Source: a virus (lineage: Duplodnaviria > Heunggongvirae > Uroviricota > Caudoviricetes). From it: DNA of 40,616 bases. The stretch lies in IMG/VR virus record IMGVR_UViG_3300038393_003162, positions 212,407-253,022 of that record; one strand, given 5' to 3'. The translations under genes were made by a program, and so were the position numbers. Shown here in pieces: positions 23,118 through 32,566 of the stretch; position 1 is the stretch's first letter, and each line of letters opens with the position of its first letter. The notes under the pieces were generated by a model. It had not been told where the DNA came from, searched no databases, and worked only from the letters and a program-made list of their open reading frames with translations.

Positions 23118-23795
23118 TTAAAGCTTCTCCAAAATCCTCGCAATAATCGGATTACGGACGATCTCGCTGTTATCGAATTCAACAATACCGATCCCCGGAT
23201 CATCTTCCAAGCGATCAATTATGTTGGACAAAGCGACGGGACCGGGGATATCACTCTGATCGGGGTCTCCGTTGATGATCATCTTAGAATTCTCGCCGAT
23301 ACGCGAGAGGTACAGCTTTAGCTGAGCGTAGGTGGCGTTCTGCGCTTCGTCGAAAATACAGACACTATCTTCGAAGGTTCTACCTCGAAGGTACGCCAGG
23401 GGTGCCACTTCGATACAACTGTTGATGATCTCTCTCAGTCCCGAGGTGTTTGGTCCTACCAATTTGGTCATACAATCGAAGAGGGGCATGATGTACGGAG
23501 CCACCTTTTCGTCGAATGTGCCGGGGAGATATCCCAACGATTCTCCTGCCTCGACAATAGGTCGAGTCAAAATAATCCGTTTTTTCCTTTTGGCGAGAAC
23601 CTCGTTGATGGCAAAAGCCATGGCAAGAAAAGACTTCCCGGTCCCAGCAGGACCGAGCAAGAACAGGATGTCGTGTTGCTGAAAATCGGTCCATGCCATT
23701 TTTTGAGTTGGATTTTTAAACTCCAAATGGAACGAACGGTCTTTAGCGGCTGAACGATCTTTGGGAGCGGAAGAAGGTCTTTGTTTTTTTGGCAT
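23118..23795 (-). CDS. phoH: PhoH family ATPase
   Basis: GPAGTGKS, LGYLPG, RGRTF, DEAQN, GDPDQSD. Confidence 0.95.
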   Translation of the reverse strand: MPKKQRPSSAPKDRSAAKDRSFHLEFKNPTQKMAWTDFQQHDILFLLGPAGTGKSFLAMAFAINEVLAKRKKRIILTRPIVEAGESLGYLPGTFDEKVAPYIMPLFDCMTKLVGPNTSGLREIINSCIEVAPLAYLRGRTFEDSVCIFDEAQNATYAQLKLYLSRIGENSKMIINGDPDQSDIPGPVALSNIIDRLEDDPGIGIVEFDNSEIVRNPIIARILEKL

Positions 23796-23845
23796 GAATA
23801 TAGTTATTCATCTCGTTATGCATTTTTGAATACAAGAATTGCAAC

Positions 23846-23879
23846 AAAAAAGACCACAAGGCTCATCACCTTGTGGTCT
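23846..23879 (-). terminator. intrinsic terminator
   Basis: AGACCACAAGG/CCTTGTGGTCT 11-bp stem followed by TTTTT. Confidence 0.85.
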
Positions 23880-24264
23880 CAAAAATGGGCGAAGGAACGG
23901 TTGCCGCAACTTGTGGCTCTACGACCTAACTGCACACCACTTGTTAAGTCTACAGAACTTGGTCTCCGAACGACTGCGTCTTGTGCCAGACATCACCAAC
24001 GTTGGCGTTTGCATGACCTTCGCAGTCAAGGTCATACGGAATCCAGCACTCGCCCTACCTCACCATTCGGAAGTTTTCCCCAATGACAACCCGATCCATC
24101 CGCATCCGCTTCCCATCTGCCTATTCCAATGTAAACGACCAATTCCTATCTTTTTAAAAGACTCGGAAGAAGCCGATCCGGCTGGTATTCAGCAGACAGT
24201 CGGCGGCTGAACTTGACCCTAAGAATGGGCTGATCAGGTCCCATACCTAAGATTTCGTCCACCA
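23880..24264 (-). ncRNA. candidate ~400-nt structured RNA
   Basis: ORF-free on its strand, ends at a terminator; many hairpins and long-range complementarities. Confidence 0.45.
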
Positions 24265-24539
24265 CTTATGCTTCAATAATACTATGATGACACTATGACA
24301 ACGATGGGCTTGCTTAGAAAGTCAGGATTATCCTGACAGTCTTTTTGGCAACTGAAATTGAGTCATAAGGACAATTACGCTCAGCCCTAGATCAGTAGAT
24401 AACATCTTAATTGATTTTGGTTTTTCAAACAAGATCAATATTTGCCCAAAGCCCATGATTAGAAGTTGCTTTCCAAGCAAAGCAGAGCAATCGAATGAAT
24501 CTTTTTAACGAATCTCCGTTTTGGCGGCTAAATAGTTAC

Positions 24540-24980
24540 ATGCAAGGTTTCAAGGACTACCTCGAACAGAGTGAAGAGCAGGCGGATATCCGCCACACCC
24601 TAAGCAAGCTGCCGCCCCGGCATCGCCAATTCGTCCGTGGCTTCACGCTGTCGTTCCAAGGCACAAACACCCTGAATAGCGACGGCGAACACGTAGGCGT
24701 GATCCAGACTCATCCTAAGCCGCACATTACCATAGCATCTCCTTGGCGATATCCTAGAGAATGGGTTTTTCTACACGAGATCGCGCACCTGGTCTGGGCC
24801 AACTTGATGGATGCCCACAAGCGAAATTTATGGGCTAAAATCGTGGCTAACACCGATCACAAGCAAGATCAAGACGATGAAGAACTCTTCGCAATGGCGT
24901 ACGCCAATGCGTACGCCAAGCACAAGATCAGGATACACGATCATCCCGAGTGGGACAAGTTCATTAAGCAATTAGCTTAA
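24540..24980 (+). CDS. zincin-like metalloprotease with internal-protein-like N-terminus (146 aa)
   Basis: LHEIAH (HExxH) plus downstream EELFA; N-terminus MQGFKDYLEQSEE; TAAATA 5 nt upstream. Confidence 0.7.
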   Translation: MQGFKDYLEQSEEQADIRHTLSKLPPRHRQFVRGFTLSFQGTNTLNSDGEHVGVIQTHPKPHITIASPWRYPREWVFLHEIAHLVWANLMDAHKRNLWAKIVANTDHKQDQDDEELFAMAYANAYAKHKIRIHDHPEWDKFIKQLA

Positions 24981-24985
24981 TTATC

Positions 24986-25723
24986 TCAAACCACTTCTCT
25001 CGACTGCTGCATCAGCTTCGGCATGACCGCCATAGCTTCTTCAATCAACTTTTCATACTCGTTGACCTTCAATGCGAAGACTCGGTAGTGATGAATGACA
25101 TTGTTTCGCATAATTTGAGGCTTGTGCCCCTTTTGTTGGGCTCGCATCGTCAAAATGAAAGAATTGCCGATCATAGGCAGTTCCTCAGGCCAAGGACCGA
25201 CATCGTCCCAGCACTCCCGAGTCACCAGCATACAATGTTCCTGGATAAAGTCAACCTTGGCGTTCTCGACAAAATACGATTGGAGGTCAGTCCCGACGAT
25301 GCCAGCGCCCTGCGACTCGGAGACACTGATCAAGAGATCCAACCATGATGGATTGAGAACTACAACATCACAGTGGAGGAACAAGAGATACTTCGAATTC
25401 TTGTCGGCTGCTGCCACGCCGCGATTCGCCGCTGCCGACCAATACATGTTCTTCTGGAGCCGGACCACCTGGACGTCCTCTTCCATCGAATCGAGGTAAT
25501 CCTGGCTCTCCTGGTCGGAGCCATTATCGACCACGATGATCTGGTAGTTATTCGCCGTGCTGTTGACGACGATCGATTGGAGCAGAATATTCAGGTGTGC
25601 TGGGCGGTCCTTGTGGACAATGATGATGCTGATCTGCTCGTCGGTGCCGTCCTGAAGCTTGACCGTCAGTTCGGGTCGTTCTCCTGTGAGCGGGTTATGC
25701 GGCGTTGGTCCTTGAATTGCCAT
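24986..25723 (-). CDS. GT2-family glycosyltransferase
   Basis: ISIIIV, IIVVDNGS, N..WSAA.NRG, LLFLHCDV. Confidence 0.85.
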   Translation of the reverse strand: MAIQGPTPHNPLTGERPELTVKLQDGTDEQISIIIVHKDRPAHLNILLQSIVVNSTANNYQIIVVDNGSDQESQDYLDSMEEDVQVVRLQKNMYWSAAANRGVAAADKNSKYLLFLHCDVVVLNPSWLDLLISVSESQGAGIVGTDLQSYFVENAKVDFIQEHCMLVTRECWDDVGPWPEELPMIGNSFILTMRAQQKGHKPQIMRNNVIHHYRVFALKVNEYEKLIEEAMAVMPKLMQQSREVV

Positions 25724-25726
25724 TAA

Positions 25727-26005
25727 TTATCCTTGCTTAATTGAAGCTAAAAGTTTCGCTATATCTGCTCGGCTGAGTTGGTCTGCCTCCTGGTCGAGAC
25801 CAACGACATCGACTTCGTAGATCCCGCGTACCGAAAAGCACTCGATCTCTCCTGCTTCGGTCTTGATCACCTCAGTCTTCTGGCGGGGTAAGGACGCCAG
25901 ATACTTCTCCGCGTCCCTCTTCTCGGCAAAGCCTTTTTCCGCCTTGACCACCATCAGGTCGCCCTCGACCTGGCGTGCTACATTCAATACAACAAATACA
26001 TTCAT
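25727..26005 (-). CDS. hypothetical protein (92 aa)
   Basis: Operon spacing. Confidence 0.65.
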   Translation of the reverse strand: MNVFVVLNVARQVEGDLMVVKAEKGFAEKRDAEKYLASLPRQKTEVIKTEAGEIECFSVRGIYEVDVVGLDQEADQLSRADIAKLLASIKQG

Positions 26006-26006
26006 T

Positions 26007-26543
26007 TTACTTCACTCCCGTACTGCCAAAGCCGGACGCGCCTCGTTCACTCTCATCAAGTTTCTCAGCCCGTTCCCAAGTGAACTTGTAGACCGGAGTC
26101 GGGCACATCTGTGCGAGGCGGTCGCCGTGGTTGATCACGAATATCTCCTTGCCGACGTTGCCGACCAGGAGACATACCCTGCCGCGATAATCCTCGTCGA
26201 TCTGTCCTGGTCCATTCAAGATCACCAGACCCCGACTGGCGAGTCCGCTTCGGGCAAAAACCTCTGCCTTGTACCCTGGCGGCAACTGCATGCTGAAGCC
26301 GCAATCGACCTTGACGCACGCCCGGTGACCGATCGTGACCGACCGCTTGCCGCTGGCGTCTGGCGGGATATTGGCACGAAGGTCGACATTAGCGGCACCT
26401 TCGGTCTCGTAGGCAGGAATCCACTCGACCACCTTGCCATCGGAGTTGGTGAATGGCTCGTCGGCGACGATCTTCGTCTTGACCTCGTTGAGATTCAGCT
26501 TATACAATTCAAACGGCAGGGGAGCCATCTTCTTCGGCTCCAT
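26007..26543 (-). CDS. dut: trimeric dUTPase
   Basis: DLRA, RSGLA, G.ID.DYRG, GDRLAQ, RGASGFGSTG. Start may be 26543 or 26630. Confidence 0.95.
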   Translation of the reverse strand: MEPKKMAPLPFELYKLNLNEVKTKIVADEPFTNSDGKVVEWIPAYETEGAANVDLRANIPPDASGKRSVTIGHRACVKVDCGFSMQLPPGYKAEVFARSGLASRGLVILNGPGQIDEDYRGRVCLLVGNVGKEIFVINHGDRLAQMCPTPVYKFTWERAEKLDESERGASGFGSTGVK

Positions 26544-26868
26544 CTTCCCTTTCTTTTTGCTGGAAGAAGGGGTGGTCTTTGTATGTTTCGTAGCTTGATT
26601 GGTCGATTCCGTCTGGTTTTTGTTCAGCATTATTTCTTTCTTCTCTGAGTTTCTGAGTGATTTCGACTACCATCTTGGACAGATTCTTCATCGCCATATT
26701 CAAGGAATTCGCGGGATACCTGGAGATCCGCTTGACCAATTCCTGGTACAATTCCGGCTCGAAGTTGCGCAACTTGATATAATTGAGGGCTTGTTCCAGG
26801 GTGATGATCTTGGGCTGGGGCTTCTTCGGCTTCTGTTGGTCACCGGGTATCTGGAAATTGATGTTCAT
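26509..26868 (-). CDS. hypothetical protein (~119 aa)
   Basis: ATGA-type overlap with the upstream gene. Confidence 0.6.
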   Translation of the reverse strand: MNINFQIPGDQQKPKKPQPKIITLEQALNYIKLRNFEPELYQELVKRISRYPANSLNMAMKNLSKMVVEITQKLREERNNAEQKPDGIDQSSYETYKDHPFFQQKEREDGAEEDGSPAV

Positions 26869-27281
26869 TCGGCTGGATTCGGACATGCGGGCTCCAATAT
26901 GACTTCGGGGGCTTCGGGAACTTGATAATCCTCAGGCATTTCCTGAGGAGGGTACATCTCCTCATGTCTCCTGACCGCTTCCGCATTCCTGTAGACCAGG
27001 TAATTCATGATGGCTTCTCGGAACAGGTCGTCCGACCCACGAAGTTCGCGAGTGGTCTCGGAGGGGATGTGGACACGATTGGTCGTGTAGTCGATGTAGG
27101 CAGTTAGGATCGACGGCTCTCCGTCCAATTCGCACGCGACATTGATGGGGATCATGTGCTGAATCTCGGTGACGAGAATCTCCTGGACCGGTGGTGCTAC
27201 CCGGACCTTTGCTTGATCTTGAGATGAAGACAATTTCAAAGCAACATGCCCATCATAAACAAAGTCTTTTCTTTCCGACAT
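26865..27281 (-). CDS. hypothetical protein (138 aa)
   Basis: Co-oriented ORF; CATAAATG at the start. Confidence 0.7.
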   Translation of the reverse strand: MSERKDFVYDGHVALKLSSSQDQAKVRVAPPVQEILVTEIQHMIPINVACELDGEPSILTAYIDYTTNRVHIPSETTRELRGSDDLFREAIMNYLVYRNAEAVRRHEEMYPPQEMPEDYQVPEAPEVILEPACPNPAE

Positions 27282-27330
27282 TTATGTACTTCCCAATAGA
27301 TATATCAGGATTACTAGAGTGTGGGAAAAC

Positions 27331-27777
27331 ATGAATTTCAAAGAATATCTCAAAGTTATTGAAGAATATTCGCTGCCGAGCGACAGCGGAGGCGTGATCA
27401 ACTACAATACGGATGGGACCTTGCCGCAGGTTTCGCCCAATGATTTCACTCGCCCCGATTCTCCTGGCGAGGTTCCTCAACACAACATCGGGCTTCCCCA
27501 AGTAACGCGACGATCAAAGGTCGTGGGGATTGATCACAAGGCAGGTGGGAATGTGGAAATCCGCCTGGAGGACCGCACAATGCTGCGGCTCACTCAGGGG
27601 CAATTCAGGATGATCGGGGGCGATCCGGTCCAGCCACCGAATTACCAAAATGGCTCGCACAGCGTCTTGACTGTAACCTTCCAGAGGAATCCTGATGACG
27701 GTAGCCAGGTTCCCTCCCAAATAACACAGGCACGTTGCGAGAACGTGCCTGGTGCAAGACTTCAAAAATTTAATTAA
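27331..27777 (+). CDS. hypothetical protein with internal-protein-like N-terminus (148 aa)
   Basis: [12 protein letters not shown]; one of only three + strand genes. Confidence 0.65.
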   Translation: MNFKEYLKVIEEYSLPSDSGGVINYNTDGTLPQVSPNDFTRPDSPGEVPQHNIGLPQVTRRSKVVGIDHKAGGNVEIRLEDRTMLRLTQGQFRMIGGDPVQPPNYQNGSHSVLTVTFQRNPDDGSQVPSQITQARCENVPGARLQKFN

Positions 27778-28870
27778 CCAGAGAGTCGCATTGCTCCTGG
27801 AACTTCTTCGACCGGCTCGAAGGGTGCTTCTTTTCGTATTCAGCAAGTGCCTTGAAAATTTTCTTCTCTTCCTCGGTCATGTCAACATAATATGTTTCCA
27901 TATCGAGGTCGAACAAGATGAAAAGATTGCCTCTCGCATTGGTCGGGGACTGGAAGACTGGCATGCCCTTGCCAGACAGCCGAATATTTTCACTGGTGGG
28001 GTGCAGACGGGGATGAACCTCGACCTCGGTCATCCCCTCCAAGGTGGGGACTTGGAGTTTGCATCCCAGAACGCATTGGCTGTAGGTTATCGGCACGGTC
28101 ACGATGATATCGTCGTTCTTGCGAACAAAGAGCGGATGGTGCTTGACGTTAACCACCACATACAGATGTCCCAAGACTCCGGTCGCGCCTCGGGCTGACT
28201 CGCCCATGCCCTCAAATCGCATCTGTAAGCCATTGGGAGTGCCGGGCGGGATCGTCACGCTAATCTCAGTGTCGACCGGCGTAGAGACGCCCATCCCGTG
28301 GCACGAATCGCACTTCTCGGCAATTGCCTTGCCGCTGCCCTGGCACATGCCGCAAGCCGACCTGATGGTCATACTGCCTTGACGCAATGTTTGCCAGCCA
28401 GAACCTTGACAGGTTGGGCACTTATCCATCTTCTTGCCGCCCGTCCCCATACATGCGGTGCAGAGGTCGCGGCGCTGGTACTTAACCTTCTTGGTGCAAC
28501 CCTTGACGATCTCGGTCAGGTCCACGTCCACCTGGACCTGGATATTTTTCGCGTGGGAGGATACGTTGCTGAAATTGCCGTTCCTCTGTCGTCCGAAGAG
28601 GTCGCTGAAAATGTCATTGAAGAAGTCGGATGGGTGGAAGTCATTGGGACGTCTCGGACCAGCATGCCCGTACTGATCATACTGCTGTCGTTTCTCTGGG
28701 TCGCCAAGAACTTCGTAGGCAGTTGCGACTTCCTTGAATTTATTCTCGGCTTCAGCATTGCCAGGGTTCTTGTCCGGATGGTACTTGATCGCCTGCTGTC
28801 GGTACGCCTTCTTGATCTCTTCCGGAGAAGCGGTCTTAGATACCCCGAGCACCTCATAATAATCTCGCAT
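27770..28870 (-). CDS. dnaJ: DnaJ chaperone (class A)
   Basis: J domain with HPD, four CxxCxGxG, C-terminal domain. Confidence 0.95.
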   Translation of the reverse strand: MRDYYEVLGVSKTASPEEIKKAYRQQAIKYHPDKNPGNAEAENKFKEVATAYEVLGDPEKRQQYDQYGHAGPRRPNDFHPSDFFNDIFSDLFGRQRNGNFSNVSSHAKNIQVQVDVDLTEIVKGCTKKVKYQRRDLCTACMGTGGKKMDKCPTCQGSGWQTLRQGSMTIRSACGMCQGSGKAIAEKCDSCHGMGVSTPVDTEISVTIPPGTPNGLQMRFEGMGESARGATGVLGHLYVVVNVKHHPLFVRKNDDIIVTVPITYSQCVLGCKLQVPTLEGMTEVEVHPRLHPTSENIRLSGKGMPVFQSPTNARGNLFILFDLDMETYYVDMTEEEKKIFKALAEYEKKHPSSRSKKFQEQCDSLVN

Positions 28871-29682
28871 TAAAATATCTCTCCCGCTAATTTCGTTACG
28901 TTTTTGTGGAAATTACGCATTTCTTCCTCATTCTTCATCAGATTCTCTTTCACGAAGACCATCTGATGTTCATGAATCCCTTTATATTGTGCCGGGAAAC
29001 CCGTATACTCTGCTGGACCGTAGACTTTATAGAACTGCTTGAATAGTTCGCCGTCTAAATTGATTAAGAAAGGATTATCAGGGTGGTAAGGGGCAGCCGT
29101 ACTCTCGCAATACCAAATATCATCTTCTTTCATACACGACGACCGGAACGCCACCTGCGATCCATCCACCTTGCCGTAGCATCGTATCCGGCGTTTCCAT
29201 CGGTTATAGGGACCAGTCAAGGTGGTCACTTCCTTTGATGATTGTATCAGGGGATTATACAGATAAATATTAGAATAGCAATACCTAACATCTCTTCGGC
29301 TACGAAAAAATCGGTCCAACTTCCTCAGATAATCGGGATGGAGTTCATCATCATCGCATAAGGTCACACAGATGGGCTGGTCGGTGTCGGCAATTGCCTG
29401 ATTCGCGAGCTTCCCCACCGTGATTCCGACTTTGATTTTTTCTTCGAATGTCGTACCGGAATTGTAAAACCTTACCTTGTCCAAATGGTCCTTGAGCATT
29501 TCCTTCACGATCGGCTCGGCAGGGATCTCGCTCCCGTCGTCGAGGACGGCGAGGTTCCAGTGAGGGTATTGCGCATGGGACTCCAGGACACTCCTAATGG
29601 CGTTTCGCACCAAGATGGGACGATTATAATAGACCAATAAGATCAGCACGCCCAAGGATTTATTAGAAGGAACAAAAATCAT
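28870..29682 (-). CDS. GT2/GT-A fold glycosyltransferase
   Basis: [21 protein letters not shown]. Confidence 0.8.
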   Translation of the reverse strand: MIFVPSNKSLGVLILLVYYNRPILVRNAIRSVLESHAQYPHWNLAVLDDGSEIPAEPIVKEMLKDHLDKVRFYNSGTTFEEKIKVGITVGKLANQAIADTDQPICVTLCDDDELHPDYLRKLDRFFRSRRDVRYCYSNIYLYNPLIQSSKEVTTLTGPYNRWKRRIRCYGKVDGSQVAFRSSCMKEDDIWYCESTAAPYHPDNPFLINLDGELFKQFYKVYGPAEYTGFPAQYKGIHEHQMVFVKENLMKNEEEMRNFHKNVTKLAGEIF

Positions 29683-29684
29683 AA

Positions 29685-30386
29685 TCAGTATATTCTTAGT
29701 CTTTTATATTTATATGGGGGGACCGGTTCAGCATAAAGATTCAATGCGTTGTTATAAAGGACACCGACTCGGGGATTGCAGCTCCCGATCCAAAATTCGG
29801 CAACCGATCGATTCGACCCCATCTCGTCACGATAATCCTCATGCTTACTCCTGAAATCATATGGATGTTCCAAGCGTCGAAGATAATCATTCCTCGCCCA
29901 CCAGAAATTCCCGGAGAAATGAGGGAACGGCTTCTGTCGCCACTGAACGCCGCAAACATCATGGTTCTCAAGGGTCTTGAAGCAGATCGAATGCTGTTCA
30001 AGTACAAAATATTCCATATATTTCCGCCAATGCCATTCATTCCTCTGCAACGACTCCAGATCCTTTAATCCGGCGAAATCATGGTAGAACTTATGGTTAA
30101 CTGACCAGTGTTCAGGCGTCTTGGAAACTCCCTTGAGATGGACATAGAACGAGACGCCTTGAAGGTCATGGGATCGTTCATACAATTTTGCCAAAGTGGG
30201 ATACTCGAACTCTTCCAGGTGGGGTTTTTCCAAGGACCAATCTTGATCTGAGGTTTCCGGACCCACCTTACAAAGATTCAACCTGCAAAGGGAATGGAGA
30301 CCACTCTTGTAAATGGTCTCCATTTGATCCTGGAGGATTTGCTTCCAGTCGCCGATCGTGGCGACGTGAATATAACCTTCAATCAT
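29685..30386 (-). CDS. glycosyltransferase-associated protein (HxKG...WR..M...HFSGNFWWA pattern)
   Basis: YVHLKGVS, WRKYMEYF, HFSGNFWWARNDYL; position within a glycosylation cluster. Confidence 0.55.
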   Translation of the reverse strand: MIEGYIHVATIGDWKQILQDQMETIYKSGLHSLCRLNLCKVGPETSDQDWSLEKPHLEEFEYPTLAKLYERSHDLQGVSFYVHLKGVSKTPEHWSVNHKFYHDFAGLKDLESLQRNEWHWRKYMEYFVLEQHSICFKTLENHDVCGVQWRQKPFPHFSGNFWWARNDYLRRLEHPYDFRSKHEDYRDEMGSNRSVAEFWIGSCNPRVGVLYNNALNLYAEPVPPYKYKRLRIY

Positions 30387-31005
30387 TCTTGATTATGCGA
30401 GATAAGACCCTATCGATATTCTTACGTTTCTTGTAGTTGACATTACAAATGCCTCCATAAGAGAGAAGCCGATCTGAATTTTTCCACTGGTCTCGAAGCA
30501 TGGCGATCAGGAAACTGTCGTGGTAGTTACCGGATTTGTAGACTGCCTGCCTCTTCCTACCTTCGATCTGATATCCCAGATTAAGATCGAACGACAGGGC
30601 TGCTGGGTTATTGTCCAGGACTTCGGCTTCGAGCCTGCGGAGGTTCAGCACTTCGAAGCCGAAGTCGGTGATCGCTTCCGGCAATCTTTTGGTCCAGAGC
30701 GTACCACGATAGATCTTGGAAGCCATCATGCCGACACTGGCGATGCGGCTGATCCAGTCGATGTCGATGATGCTAACTAACCCTACAATTGGGTCCTTGA
30801 TTCCACCGTTACTTTCAACCGATGCAATCATGTAGTAATTATTTGAATTCGAAACAGCATCATACCATCTTTCCTGATCCTGTTGGGTCAAAAAGATGGT
30901 ATGATGCTGGGTTGTCCAGGAATCATTCTTCATCTGCAGGAGGGGAAGTAGGTCGCTTTTTTCTACTCTTCTTAGAATTAAACCATTTTTATGGGAATAC
31001 ATCAC
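30379..31005 (-). CDS. GNAT N-acetyltransferase (PseH/RimJ-like)
   Basis: LRRVEKSDL, F..LNLRRL.AEVL..NP.A, LGYQIEG. Confidence 0.85.
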   Translation of the reverse strand: MMYSHKNGLILRRVEKSDLLPLLQMKNDSWTTQHHTIFLTQQDQERWYDAVSNSNNYYMIASVESNGGIKDPIVGLVSIIDIDWISRIASVGMMASKIYRGTLWTKRLPEAITDFGFEVLNLRRLEAEVLDNNPAALSFDLNLGYQIEGRKRQAVYKSGNYHDSFLIAMLRDQWKNSDRLLSYGGICNVNYKKRKNIDRVLSRIIKND

Positions 31006-32096
31006 CAGCCACTCCGGATTGTATTAATGATGTGATTACGGTCATCCTCGGTAAGCCACCAGCCGTTAGGGATACACACGATGTTGGAGTAAATGGAATC
31101 GAGTCGAGGGAGGTCAAGCTTGAGGTAATCGACGCAGGTATATTGGTCATTTCTTTTATGGACCGGTCTTGCTTCGATCCCGTGTTCCATCATCTTCAAG
31201 ATGAATTCCCCACGACGCTCGACCAACATGGTATAAAGCCAACAGGACGACTCGTGGCTGGGGTTGCGTTCTAATAATTTGACACCTGGAATACCTTGGA
31301 GTTGAACGTCATAGATCAAGGAATGGCGACGATGACCATAAACCAATTTTTTGGACATCTCCAAATTCGCCAACCCGATGCTGGCGTTGATGTCGTTCAT
31401 GTGAAACTTGAATCCCCATTCCTCTATGTCGCAATTCCGGTTGTCGCGGTCGATGCCGTACCAACGGAGCAGCCGCGCCCGTTCGGTCTCTTCCTCACTG
31501 CGGCACAGGAGGACCCCGCCGTCGCCGCACGAGAGGGGCTTAATCGGACCAAAGCTGAAGACGGACAGGTTGCCGTGTGTCCCCACGGGCTGCCCCTTAT
31601 ATTTCGCCCCCCAGGCATGGGCGCAATCTTCGATAACGTGCAGCCTTTTGTTGTATTTATTCCTATATTCTTGCTTGATATGCTCGATCTGTGCGAGGTC
31701 GATGGGATAGCCGCCCCAATGAACCAACATCAGCACTTGGGTCAATTCAGTTAACTTGGAAGAAACATCTTGAAGACAGATGTTCAATGTGCCGGGATTG
31801 ACATCGACCCAGACTGGCGTCAATCCGTTGGCACGGATCGGCCAATTCGTCGCCGTGCAGGTCAATGGCGTAGTCAGAACTTGGGTTCCCATTGGCAACT
31901 TAAGCATGTGAAGAGCCAAGTGGATCGCCGAGGTCGCCGAATTGGTCGTGACGATGGAAGGATAATTGAAATGTTCTCTGAGTGCCGTCTCGAACCACTC
32001 GACCTTATTCCCTTGACCGACGTAGCCCGAGTTTAAAACTCGGGCTACGTCAAGGGCAGCATTCGGCGACATTGCCGTCTTAAACAGTGGGATCAT
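31002..32096 (-). CDS. DegT/DnrJ/EryC1/StrS PLP-dependent sugar aminotransferase
   Basis: NSATSAIHLAL, EDCAHAWG, FSFGPIKPL.CGDGG, KFHMNDI.A. Confidence 0.93.
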   Translation of the reverse strand: MIPLFKTAMSPNAALDVARVLNSGYVGQGNKVEWFETALREHFNYPSIVTTNSATSAIHLALHMLKLPMGTQVLTTPLTCTATNWPIRANGLTPVWVDVNPGTLNICLQDVSSKLTELTQVLMLVHWGGYPIDLAQIEHIKQEYRNKYNKRLHVIEDCAHAWGAKYKGQPVGTHGNLSVFSFGPIKPLSCGDGGVLLCRSEEETERARLLRWYGIDRDNRNCDIEEWGFKFHMNDINASIGLANLEMSKKLVYGHRRHSLIYDVQLQGIPGVKLLERNPSHESSCWLYTMLVERRGEFILKMMEHGIEARPVHKRNDQYTCVDYLKLDLPRLDSIYSNIVCIPNGWWLTEDDRNHIINTIRSGW

Positions 32097-32275
32097 GCTC
32101 GACTCGCGACATCGGGTGTAATCGGCTTCTTGGGAAGCGAAGCGATAATTTCCTCGACCTTCTGGTCCGCGATTTCATCGGACAATTCGGCATAACCTAT
32201 GCATCCTAATTCGTAGACTTCCTTGATGATACTCAATAGTCGGCTTTTCCGCAACATCACAAGACCATCTTCCAT
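32093..32275 (-). CDS. hypothetical protein (60 aa)
   Basis: Overlapping start and stop with both neighbours. Confidence 0.6.
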   Translation of the reverse strand: MEDGLVMLRKSRLLSIIKEVYELGCIGYAELSDEIADQKVEEIIASLPKKPITPDVASRA

Positions 32276-32565
32276 TAGCCACCTTCGCTCTCAAAAATAA
32301 AACCTTCGGGGCTATCCAGGTAATCTATGACCAATTTCTTGTAACGGTGTTCATTGTTTCTATCAACGAACACCTGGATTCCATTGGTATAGAGAATCAC
32401 TTCTCCTAAGGGATTGACCGAGGATGCGGCGACAAATTCAAAGAACTGTTCTGTCCCTTGTTTGCCAGGACGCATCCCCAGCCGGATCGCGACCGGCTCT
32501 TCGAATCCGGTCACATCGAATATCTCTTGCAGCTTATTAGCCGCCGTTTCAGTTATCTTTACCAT
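32275..32565 (-). CDS. HesB/IscA-like protein lacking cysteines
   Basis: VKITETAANKL, IRLG, GIQVFVD, IDY.DS..GF.F; no Cys at all. Confidence 0.6.
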   Translation of the reverse strand: MVKITETAANKLQEIFDVTGFEEPVAIRLGMRPGKQGTEQFFEFVAASSVNPLGEVILYTNGIQVFVDRNNEHRYKKLVIDYLDSPEGFIFESEGG

Positions 32566-32566
32566 A

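Noticed and set aside
23893-23920. Group II intron domain V-like GAGCC...CGTTC
   Set aside because: Too short (25 nt) and no domain VI or GTGCG 5' end.
24185-24215. RNase P RNA (CAGACAGTCG resembles its 5' end)
   Set aside because: The GAGGAAAGTCC and CAGAA...GGCTTA P4 elements are absent.
24280-24305. Pho box near phoH (TGTCAT repeats)
   Set aside because: The repeat period is 8 nt rather than 11, and it is separated from phoH by a terminator.
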